Below are positions 53,181 through 64,000 of a DNA stretch of 64,000 nt, piece by piece. Under the pieces are notes generated by a model. It made no database searches, had not been told where the DNA came from, and saw only the letters and a list, made by a program, of their open reading frames with translations. Positions within the stretch are counted from its first letter, which is position 1, and the number at the start of each line of letters is the position of its first letter. This DNA comes from Octopus sinensis (taxonomy: Eukaryota): positions 94,612,001 to 94,676,000 of the forward strand of contig NC_043000.1 in assembly GCF_006345805.1 (NCBI RefSeq), written 5' to 3'. Both the position numbers and the translations under genes were made by a program.

Positions 53181-53399
53181 TATATATATATATATATATA
53201 TATACATGCACACACATATACACACACACACACACACATAGATTACGTTTTGTGATGAGTAGTGGTAGTAAGGTAGACTGGGCGGAGGTAGGAAATTGAT
53301 TAATCTTCTGGGAAAGATGAAGACAATACAGAGAGGCGGTGCAAGGAGGAGGAACGTTTGTTTAAAAAATTCACAAAATCGTTACTTTTGGCTACAAAC

Positions 53400-53885
53400 G
53401 AATTCTATTGACATCAATATTTGTGTATTAAATGAGTATTTGTCAAAATCAGGTGTGGAAATCAACATCCATCAAGTGCTGCTCGTTTTCATTTATGCAT
53501 TTCTGAAAACTTGTCTGACGTGTTCCATATTTTCCGGCTCCGGACTGTACGTGGCGCCCCCACCGGTCTCCTATTCATTAGCGTACCTCGTGTACGAAGT
53601 GAATTCACCCAACGTAAGATTGTGTTACGTGTGGGAACAACCTGATTTCGGTGAATGTTGAAGTGGCACCGAAACTCACGCTGAACTGCTGTGACAGACT
53701 CGTTTATTCTTCACTTAACTGTCATTGGCAAACATGCGATGCTCTATCATCTACAACGCCATGGTTTCACCTGAAAAGAAAAAAAAGCTAAGGCACCACG
53801 GACCGAATGCTACCTGTTGCACATATGTCCCTCCCACTGGAGCTGAATAATAGTCATTTTAGAAACGTCCGTCTCACCCTGTATA
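53400..53885 (-). mobile_element. Tc1/mariner 5' fragment
   Basis: The minus strand starts TATACAGGGTGAGACGG (TA + CAGGGTG terminus), followed by a degraded HTH-like stretch (..PENMEHVRQVF..). Confidence 0.5.
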
Positions 53886-53924
53886 AAGATGAAAAGCAGA
53901 AAAGAAAAGAATTAAAGGATATAC

Positions 53925-54322
53925 TCGTTTACTCTTTTACTCTTTTACTTGTTTCAGTCATTTGACTGCGGCCATGCTGGAGCACCGCCTTTAGTCGAGC
54001 AAATCGACCCCGGGACTTATTCTTTGTAAGCCCAGTACTTATTCTATCGGCCTCCTTTGCCGAACCGCTAAGATACGGGAACGTAAACACACCAGCATCG
54101 GTTGTCAAGCAATGCTAGGGGGACAAACACAGACACACAAACTTATATATACATATATACGACAGGCTTCTTTCAGTTTCCGTCTACCATATCCACTCAC
54201 AAGGCACTGGTCGGCCCGGGGCTATAGCAGAAGACACTTGCCCAAGATGCCACGCAGTGGGACTGAACCCGGAACCATGTGGTTGGTTAGCAAGCTACTT
54301 ATCACACAGCCACTCCTGCGCC
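53925..54322 (-). mobile_element. SINE family A, full-length and apparently young
   Basis: Reverse complement from GGCGCAGGAGTGGCTGTGTGATAAGTAGCTTG to the (AAAGAGT)n tail, with few visible disruptions. Confidence 0.92.
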
Positions 54323-54399
54323 TATATGTTTAAATATTAGGGAAAAATGATAAATAATAAAAATGATAAATAAAATCAAAAAATGATAAATAATATTCG

Positions 54400-55025
54400 T
54401 TTCAAATTTTGGCACAAGGTTAGCAGTTTTGAGGGAGAGATAAGTCAATCAGTTAGACCTTACTGTTGAAGTGGCACTTATTTTATTGACACACCCACCC
54501 CAAAGGGATAAGAGACAAAATCAGCGCCGACGGTATTTGAACTCAAAATGTAAATTCAGAAGAAATGTCGTTAAGCATGTTTCCCGGTACGGAAACGATT
54601 CTTACTTTTTTTATCGTCCACAAGGGGCTAAACATAGAGGGGACAGACAAGGACAGACAAAGGGATTAAGTCGATTACATCGACCCCAATGCGTAACTGG
54701 TACTTAATTTATCGACCCCGAAAGGATGAAAGGCAAAGTCGACCTCAGCGAAATTTGAACTCAGAATGTAACGGCTGACGACATACCTATTTCTTTACTA
54801 CCCACAAGGGGCTACACACAGAGAGAACACACATGGACAGACAAACGGATTAAGTCGATTATATCGAGCCCAGTGCGTAACTGGTACTTATTCTTATGTA
54901 ATCGACTCGAAAGGATGAAAGACAAAGTCGACCTCAGCGGAATTTGTACTCAAACCGTAGCGGCAGACGAAATACAGCTAAGCATTTCGCCCGTCGTGCT
55001 AACGTTTCTGCCAGCTCGCCGCCCT
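54400..55025 (-). mobile_element. Three stacked SINE family B copies
   Basis: CCACAAGGGGCTA..GTCGATTA.ATCGA.CCC..GATGAAAG.CAAAGTCGACCTCAGCG repeated at about 54617 and 54802; a degenerate copy at 54400. Confidence 0.85.
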
Positions 55026-55689
55026 AATGAAAGAAGATATTGAAATGCAAACGAAAAAATAATAAATAAATAGGACAGTTAAGAAATATGAAATTAGTAA
55101 GCTGGTATTTTCATGGTTTGAATGAATTAAAGTTGCGGATTAAATTGCATTTTATATGTGATGATACTGAAGCAGTCTGAATTAGATCTCTAAACCACGG
55201 TAGTCATTCATGAAGAAATATGACTTGTCAACATTTATCAAGCTTTCACTAAGTGCTTTCACTAATTGCGCGAACTAACTACGGCGCTTTCTTTGTCTCC
55301 GATCTTTCAGCCAGCGAAATATGGAGCATAGAGAGCTGGACTATTTCTGAGTTGGTGTCCATTTTTACCTGAATAGACTGGTGTAATGTTAGATGCCTTA
55401 CACACCAAAACAAAGTGCTCACTGTCCTGGGATCGAAACCAAAATCTTAAAACCGTAATTCCAATACTCATAACGACAATAACGCGGGTCTTGAATGAAC
55501 TAGAGCCCTTGCTTTTAGAATCTGCTTGGCAATGTGAGTAAAGCACTGGCATGGCCTTATATTGATCTAAATACATATTTACTTTTGGATCATATTAAAA
55601 TCTTTATAGCTATTCAATTTATAGCAAACTAACAAAATTGATACTTTCTACACACAAACATGCACACAAGCATTCACACACACACACAC

Positions 55690-55748
55690 CGAATAAGCTT
55701 ACTCTACACACATACATATAAATATGTATAAAAATATACATGAATATT

Positions 55749-55796
<48 letters not shown>

Positions 55797-55860
55797 ATAT
55801 GTATACATATATGTATGTGTATATATATAAATAAGTATGTATGTATATATATATATATAT

Positions 55861-55892
<32 letters not shown>

Positions 55893-56018
55893 ATATACAT
55901 ATACATATATGTATTAATATTATATCAATATTTATACGTACATATTTGTATACATATAAATATGTATGTATATATATATATATATATGTATGTGTATATA
56001 TATACATAAATATGTATG

Positions 56019-56058
<40 letters not shown>

Positions 56059-56216
56059 TAAAGTGAGAGAGAGAGAAATACATACATATATATACACATG
56101 TATGTATGTTTTGTGTATAAATATATGCATATATGCACATACGCATACATATATATGCATACATATACATGGGCGTCTGTGTTTATGTGTGTGTGTGTGT
56201 GAGTGTGTATGTGTGT

Positions 56217-56279
<63 letters not shown>

Positions 56280-56280
56280 G
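55690..56280. repeat. Compound (TA)n/(GA)n/(TG)n microsatellite
   Basis: Read directly. Confidence 0.95.
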
Positions 56281-57910
56281 AATTAATAAAAAAACCAGTT
56301 ATTTGTTATTAGAAGAGAGAATTTTCTGCAACTGCTGCTTTTGTCTGTGACCGAAAAAATGCTTTTAGAATAAATGAAATTGACGTAAATCAGTGCATAG
56401 AAGTTCAGCACTACCTCAAACAACAAAATACAATATAATATATTTAACTATTATTTAATGATATGTTATGTCGCAGTAGACAGAAATGTAATAAAGGCGA
56501 ACGATATGACATAAAAGAACTTGAAAAATAATATGGACGACGTAATAATGAGGAAAGATAAGATAAATATTCCATGAGGTAAAGTTGCTTTCAAATTGTG
56601 GCACAAGGCCAGCAATTACGTGGGGTGGGAATGGGTAAGTCCTTTACATTGGCCCCAGTACTCGAGTGTTACTTATTTTATCAACTCCGAAACCATGAAA
56701 CGGAAAATCGACTTCGGCGGAATTTGAAATCAGTACATAAAGACAAACAAAATGCCATGAAGCATTTAAGCCGGACGTCGCCTTATAAACAGGTAAAATA
56801 TTATCCGTAATTCTTTCTTTACATCTGTTTATATGAAGTAGGTGCGTCGTTCGTAGACGTAATATGTCGGAGACTTTGTTATCGCAGATTTTCATAGCAT
56901 TAAGTCGTATATTATATTATAGCCCTACTTTTACAATATTCTACACCGAAAATAATATTCTTTCTAATTTTGGTACAAACCTAGCAATTATTAGTGCAAG
57001 AGCAAGTCGATTGCATGAATTTGACTGGTGAATTAATTTGATGTTTCGAGGTTTTCAGTGTTGCAATGGCATGTCTTCGGATTCTTCAATAAGTCGTATA
57101 CAATCTTGTGTAGAACTTTATAACTGATAAGCTTCAAGCTCCAATTTTCAAAATTGTATTTTAGAGAATCCTCATAAATCCTCAAGTCTATCATTTAATT
57201 TTTACCTGTGACGTTTCGGAGTGTCTGGCTGTGTATGTAAATGTGTTAGGTATGTGTGTGTGTGTGTGTGTGTGCGTGCGAGTGCATGTATACACGTGTA
57301 AGTGTGTGTATGTATGTTCAAACACACGCATATATATGTAAATGTAAAAAATTACTGTGGACATGTCTGAGGGGCATTAGATTATAAATAAATATAATAT
57401 ATACATTTTTTCTTATTCGTCTCTCTTACTATTATTATTATTATTATTATTGTTATTATTATTATTATGATTATTCCCCTTTTACAACTTGTTTGTAAAT
57501 ATCCGATTTTTCCTCATTACCCCATCTGTATTCTCCTTTATTGTATTTTATTTTATTTTATTTTATTTTATTTTATGAAACTTTTTGATGTTCTTCCAAA
57601 AATTCCTCACACTGATGAGAATGACAATGCATAAATTCAATTAGAATTACTATGATTATAATTTTTACTTACATATTTCTAAACGTGTCTATGTATTGAA
57701 TCCAATTTTGTATTAAATCTAATTTTGATTCAACATCTTTTTCTTCATTACTTGTTTATGGTATATTTATACTTATAAAGAAATGTTTCAACTATATATA
57801 TATATATATGTGTGTGTATGTGTGTGTGTGTGCATGCGTGCGTGTGTGTGTGTGTGTGTGCGTGCGTGTGTGTGTGCGTATGTATGTATGTATTTATGTA
57901 TGCATGTATA

Positions 57911-59173
57911 TAAACGGTGTGCAAGGTATTTGAGGACATACCTTTTTGGGTCATTGCTACATTTTTTGCTAACTCTATATAATCCTTGTTTCAAAAAGTA
58001 ATAATGGCAGACCCTCAGCTTACTCAAGAAATGAAGAGGCTTGCTGTTATCGCAGTTATAAAGGCTTAGCGTAGAGATTTAGAAATATCTCAATATTTAA
58101 AAATTGCCAGATCTTTCGTCTACAAAGTTTGTAAAGAGTTAGAGACTGAAGGTAGAAACGTATCACAAGTATCAAAGTATAAAAATCATTCTAGACGCTC
58201 TGAAATCCTCCGAACACCTGAATTTATCCAGCAAGTTCAACGGACCATTGATTACAATCCCAGAAAGTTAATAAGGTCAACTTCAAAAGATCTCTATGTG
58301 TCAGAAAGAACTGTCAGAAATGTTGTTCACGAAGACATCACATGTAAATCTTATATGATGAAGAAATGTCAGGTTGTCAGAAAAAGCAAAAGAAAATCAC
58401 TACATCAGATCTAAAAGGCTCTTAAAAAAACTAAAAAATACAATAGAAGAAGATTTGATTTGGTTTTAGTCAAACGAGAAAAACTTCGACCAAGATCAAA
58501 ACGTTAACAGAAGAAATGACATGTGTTTATGTGCAGACACTTCTGAATATCCAAGTTTTATGTATACAAATTTTCCTGCAACTGTCATGGTTTTAGGGGC
58601 TGTCAGCAATGAAGGACACGTGATGCCTCCTTACGTCTTTCCACAAGGCTTTAGAGTTAACTCTGCCGCCAACATTGAGGTCCTGAACATAATTGTTAAG
58701 CCCTGGATAGTCAGTGTATGCAATGGAAGGCCACATGCATTTCAGTAAGACTCTGCACTATCACATATGACTCTAGTAACACAGGAATGGATGGCTGAAA
58801 ATGTTCATGATCATATAACCCGCAACATTTGACCTCCTAATCCTCCAGATCTCTTTCCAATGGACTATTACATGTGGATCGTTGTTGAGAGAGAAGTCAA
58901 TGAACACACCCGTAACACCAAAGAATCTTTGAAAGTTGCCATAGTCAGAATAATGTCCAAAATGAACTAAGACCACTTGATTCAAGCATGTAGATGATTT
59001 AGAACTCAGTTGACGGGAAGCTGAAGGTGACTTTATTGAATAACATTATAGAAAAGGAGGTTTGTTTTTATCCTCATAGCATTATTTGTTAAATATAGTT
59101 ATTATCTACTATTGTATAGCTGTTTTTTTTTTGTAAACATAAATATGTCCTCAAATATTTTACGCACCCACTA
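57911..59173 (+). mobile_element. Near-full-length inactive maT (DD37D) Tc1/mariner transposon
   Basis: TIRs GGTGTGCAAGGTATTTGAGGACATA and TATGTCCTCAAATATTTTACGCACCC. Coding relic RTPEFIQQVQ..VSERTVRNVVHED..NEKNF..VMVLGAVSNEG..Q*DSA..*PPNPPDLFPMDY has 37 codons between GAC 58749 and GAC 58863. Contains stops and frameshifts. Confidence 0.9.
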
Positions 59174-60456
59174 TGTACATATATATTAGTATTCGAGAGT
59201 CAGTATTTTTCCGCGTATGTTTTCGAGAAAAATGCAATAATGTTGCAAGGAAAGAACAAAAATTCAATTTAGTGTATAAAGTATGTATCGATAACAATTA
59301 CAGAATACAGAATAGATACGTTTTCGACGTTATCGATATAACACGAAAGATAGTGCTATAGAAATTTATTGACACGTTTTAGGTTTATCAAACTACTGAT
59401 AAAGCACTTGTACAGTGAGAATTTTCCGTAAATAATCAAATTAAATGTGTAGGGTCTCAATAATGTAAACATCATAATGGTTGTATAAAAGTTATTGTTT
59501 TTATTATGTGTGAGCGTGGTTTGACACAGGCAGTTTACCTTCGAGCGATACATCTAGCTCTTCTCAGATACTAATTTAGCTTTGAACTAGAATTTCTAAC
59601 ATGAGTGCGCCCGACCTACCATGTAATATTCTACATGGTCGTCTGACTTGTTAGAATTAATTGCCAAATATTCCGCTAAATCATATCCCGAATGATACTG
59701 GTTCACATTATATCATGGCACGTAGGATACATGTTTCGTGAGTGGGGGGATCCGTTCTGCTCTAAGACCTGTATGCCTAAGGCACAGATGTTGTTGATCC
59801 ATCACTTGGGGTGGGGGGTTAGAGATACACCCAACCACACACACCCGTCTGAGTGGAACAGGAAATAGTGATGGCTATGGAGTAACTCCTTACTTCTCCA
59901 AACGTTCTATACTCTTGAGTTAGATCTTCATAAAGAGACGCATTTAAATGCCTTGATCTCTCTCTCTCTTTCTCTTTCTCTTTCTCTCTCTCAACAAGGA
60001 AAATAAGTTCAAACGATGAAGTAATCCTAGATACACAAAAAGACAGGTTTGTCAGGGCTCCGTTGTTGGCATAGATCTGACTAGGGACATAATATTAACT
60101 ACAGTAATAACACTTCCCACACATTATTTCAGTGCTGAACATTTGCTGCTATAGCTACACCCCACGCTACACTACATTTACCTTAAACAGTTACTGGACA
60201 TAAATAATTGAGACCTGTAATCTGAGAAAACAGCTCACTGATTTATCGAAAAACATTACTCATAATCAACCGCTAACACTCCGATCAGTTCTATTCTTTC
60301 TGTTTCCTCATCCTTTGTATTCCATCCGTTTTCCTTTTCTAGTCCTATGATGTTTCCTTTTCATCAATCACAACAATAGAGAGATTGCTCCACTTTTCGC
60401 TCAATATATATATATACACACATACATATTTATACATACATATATATGTATGCATG

Positions 60457-60487
<31 letters not shown>

Positions 60488-60601
60488 ATATTTCGGAATG
60501 GTCATATTGCCAGTTTAGCCAATAAAAACACACGCACTATATATTTGGTGTTATTTTGCTTCAGTGATATTTATTTTTTACATTAATCTTAATCTTATTT
60601 C

Positions 60602-60646
60602 GGCCAAAGTTCTTTCGTCACACTCCTGTGACCGCATCAGTGGTCC
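60602..60646 (-). ncRNA. Hammerhead-like motif (A9 changed to C)
   Basis: Minus strand: GGACCA CTGATGC G GTCACA GGAG TGTGAC GAAA GAAC TT TGGCC. Confidence 0.5.
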
Positions 60647-61099
60647 TTTGTTTTCTTCTTTCTTATTTGTGTCTCTCCTTACTAACCGTCAGCCATTTTA
60701 TATTTCTATTGTATGTCTTCATTTGCGCATGTTTATATCTCTATGTGCGTCTATGTTTATTTAGTGTGTGTGTGGGGGGATGCCTGTAATATTTGTATCT
60801 TCTGGTTATATACATTCTTGTAATTTGTATTTTGTTTTTGTTGTTGTTGCTTTTGTTCTAATTTTGTTCATGTGTTTACATCCACCCATTATTATCATTA
60901 CATATGCTTGTATGTATGTATAACAACAATATTAGTAATAATAATAATAAATCTAATCGAAAAAAAAAAAAGGAATATACATATACATATATATATATAC
61001 ATACACATACATATACATATATATATATATACTATACACACACATATATACACATATACATATACATATATATACCATAACATATATATAGATTTCATT

Positions 61100-63510
61100 T
61101 TCTATTTCTTTAATTACCTGTGTATTTATTATGTTTGCAGGATCCACTATTGTCATATGTTGTGGTGTGTGCGCTATTGCTCCATTCTAGTTTTTTCTTT
61201 CAGGCTAGGTTTATTTTCTATTATATGTGTAGCTTCTGTAATTTGTCTAATTGTTGCATCTGTTCTATGTGTGGACAATATCTTAATCTCTATGTTATTG
61301 ATTGATCCCCCGTGTGATCCCCGTTCGGCGTGTTGGTACAGAATCGATGAGCTTTTACCTTCCTTGAGTTGTCTCCAATGTTCATTCACCCGCTCACCAA
61401 TGCTTCTTGCAGTTTCCCCTACGTATGTTACTGTCTTGTTACTGCATCGTCGTCCCTCTATACATCTTATACTATAGACCACATTTCTGGCTTTACAGTT
61501 CGTTTGTGGGCTAAATCTACTACATACGCAATAGTTATCCGTACAGAGAGTTCTACTAAAAGGATAGCTTCTACCAATTATAGATCTGATAGGGTTGCCT
61601 GGCTTTTCAACAACCTTAATTCTTAGTTTAAGTTTATCTAGGGTCCTTCTAAAGCTGTACGCTAGTTCACCTCCAGGGGTGGTGTCAACGAACATGACAC
61701 TCTGGTATTTATGGCTATCATACCAAGAGTTGGCCTTCCCTATTTTCTTTTTTCTTTTTTGTCCTTTCTATAGTGTTCCATGACTTGTTCCTATAGAGTG
61801 GGCAAATCCCATTCCTATCATTACATAATATATTATCAAATTTCTTCATGGCTCCTTTGTATACTCTGATCCTTTCTTTATGGCTGTAACCTGAGAACTG
61901 CATGCGGTGAATGAAAGTACTGTATGTGTCTCTTTAATTCTGTAGGCTCGCACATGCGTGACACATTTCTCATTATTCTGACGAGGTCTGCCATCAAAAT
62001 ATTGAATTTGGCATTGCCCGCAATGGCTGAGTTCCGGTGGATCAGGTATTTTGAGGCCATAGGTTTTGCATAGTATGAATGAAGGATTTGGGTTTTATTT
62101 TTCACAATTTCTAGCCAGAGTTCAGTGTCTAGTACTGGTAGTCTATGGTTGGGGTGTTTAGTGGGTAGTCTATTGTGACCTTAATACTCTGGTGGATGGA
62201 GTTAGCTATTTGCTGGATGCTCTCCATAGTATTAGTTTCTATTACTATATCAACAGTACTCTCTTGTGGGGGTGCCTTTACTACTATATTGATATCATCA
62301 ACATAGCGAGAGTACATGTTTACGAGTATGGATTTCTGCAGTAGGCATTCTTTAAGCCTTCTGTCCCACCATACCATGAAGAGGTTGGCCACATCACCAG
62401 CGTACTAACACACCGATGGCTGCCCCCTCGTCCTGGGCATATATTTTATTATTAAATTTAAATGTGTGGCCTTTTAGGGTAACTCTTATACTAGCTCCTA
62501 GTGCATGTGCGATCATTTTCTTTACCTCATGGACATTTGCGGGGCTCCGTATGGCTCTGGTCCATCCGCGCCATCTTTCTATATGTGTCTTCCTAGCCAT
62601 AGAAGTAATTGTAGGCGTCTACCTCTTAAACATCTACTGGGGCAGAAACTACTAAGATTATGTTTATCTAAGTATTCACTATTATATGTCAGTCTAAGTA
62701 GGAGGCCCAGTTCTTCTGTGTCGACATTACAGAACTCCACCTGGCTCTCGTTGATCATCTCCACGCACTTCTCCACTGCAAAATCTACGTCAATCGATGG
62801 GTATAGGGATACCACATCCATGCTACCTACTATACATCCTGTCAGTCACAAGTTTTGTTACAGTCACTGATCCTGCTTAGGAGATCTTCTGTGCTGTCAC
62901 ACACATCAGGTGACATCCTGATTATAGGGCGTATGATCATTGAGAGGAAGTAGGAGATTCTGTAATTGCTAGCCATATTCGCTCCACAGACTGGTCTTGT
63001 TGGTGGTCCTGCTATAGGGTCAGTAAAACCTTTATGGTCCTTGCGAAGTCCATACAGTGCTGGGATATCATTGTTCCAGGCTTGGAAATTCTTTGCAGTA
63101 CGTTTCTGAGGTCCCAGAACAATTGTCCACATCATCATGTGGGCATTGAGGACCTTTTCTCTCTCCTCATGCGCCTGTACAGTTGTTACTTTTGTATTAG
63201 CGATATGAGGTTGCATTGCCTGGATGTAGTTCGGTAAGCTGTCTATTGACATCCTGCCGGACTTATCCGTGGGAAGGCATATCACCTCTCCGTTCCTAGT
63301 GCGCTGAATGAGCTTCTGTAGGCCACATGCAGGTTTAATCCCTAGTTGTTGGGCATCTGTCTTATTCTGTCTCTGTCTCTTAATGTATAATCCTAAAATC
63401 TGTCTAAGTTTGGTCCTAGCTATAGTGAACTGTGCTTCCATATGGTCATTAGTACGTCTTGGGATGTATACTCTTTTGTTGAAGGGTAATGTTGTTGGAT
63501 AAATTCGGTT
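61100..63510 (-). mobile_element. Penelope-like retroelement (RT + GIY-YIG), frameshifted
   Basis: Minus-strand ORF pieces: TDKSGR..PALYGLRKDHK..PTRPVC; MDVVSLYPSID; QDEGAAIG; ANLFMVWWD..YSRYVDDINI; YYAKPMAS; NVVYSIRC..TYVGETARSIGERVNEH. Confidence 0.93.
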
Positions 63511-64000
63511 CATAAATACCAGAGTGTCATGTTCGTTGACACCACCCCTGGAGGTGAACTAGCGTACCGCTTTAGAAGGACCCTAGATAAACTTAAACTA
63601 AGAATTAAGGTTGTTGAAAAGCCAGGCAACCCTATCAGATCTATAATTGGTAGAAGCTATCCTTTTAGTAGAACTCTCTGTACGGATAACTATTGCACTG
63701 TATGTAGATTTAGCCCACAAACGAACTGTAAAGCCAGAAATGTGGTCTATAGTATAAGATGTATAGAGGGACGATGCAGTAACAAGACAGTAACATACGT
63801 AGGGGAAACTGCAAGAAGCATTGGTGAGCGGGTGAATGAACATTGGAGACAACTCAAGGAAGGTAAAAGCTCATCGATTCTGTACCAACACGCCGAACGG
63901 GGATCACACGGGGGATCAATCAATAACATAGAGATTAAGATATTGTCCACACATAGAACAGATGCAACAATTAGACAAATTACAGAAGCTACACATATAA
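63511..64000 (+). mobile_element. Inverted duplicate of the PLE endonuclease region
   Basis: Reverse complement of 61221-61713 apart from small differences (a 3-bp indel and one altered 6-bp patch); it runs off the window end. Confidence 0.95.

Noticed and set aside
57610-57645. CTGATGAGAAT...ATTC
   Set aside because: No GAAA follows the stem.
59531-59572. Minus-strand CTGAGAA GAGC..GCTC GAAG
   Set aside because: Two core mismatches and no convincing stem III.

Overview
This is AT-rich, repeat-saturated eukaryotic intergenic or intronic DNA. The SINE families and microsatellite load resemble Octopus (recognition from memory, not a database search). I found no convincing host protein-coding gene; most ORF-track entries are translations of (TA)n, (CA)n, (GATA)n, (AAT)n or (AAG)n. 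Supported content: three Penelope-like elements (PLEs) with GIY-YIG and/or RT remnants, one with an inverted endonuclease copy; four R4/Dong-like RLE non-LTR retrotransposon fragments; two maT/DD37D-type Tc1-mariner relics plus one fragment; three non-autonomous Helitron-like elements, two of them in a 995-bp tandem duplication; a 900-bp solo LTR with an ATAT target-site duplication; and more than 25 tRNA-type SINE copies or fragments. The best lead is about nine minimal type-I hammerhead-ribozyme-like motifs. Several carry a U3-A8 compensatory core or an extra nucleotide after A9, and three sit in the loops of short fold-back elements. This suggests a family of non-autonomous, ribozyme-bearing PLE derivatives. 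All calls are by eye; none was tested computationally.
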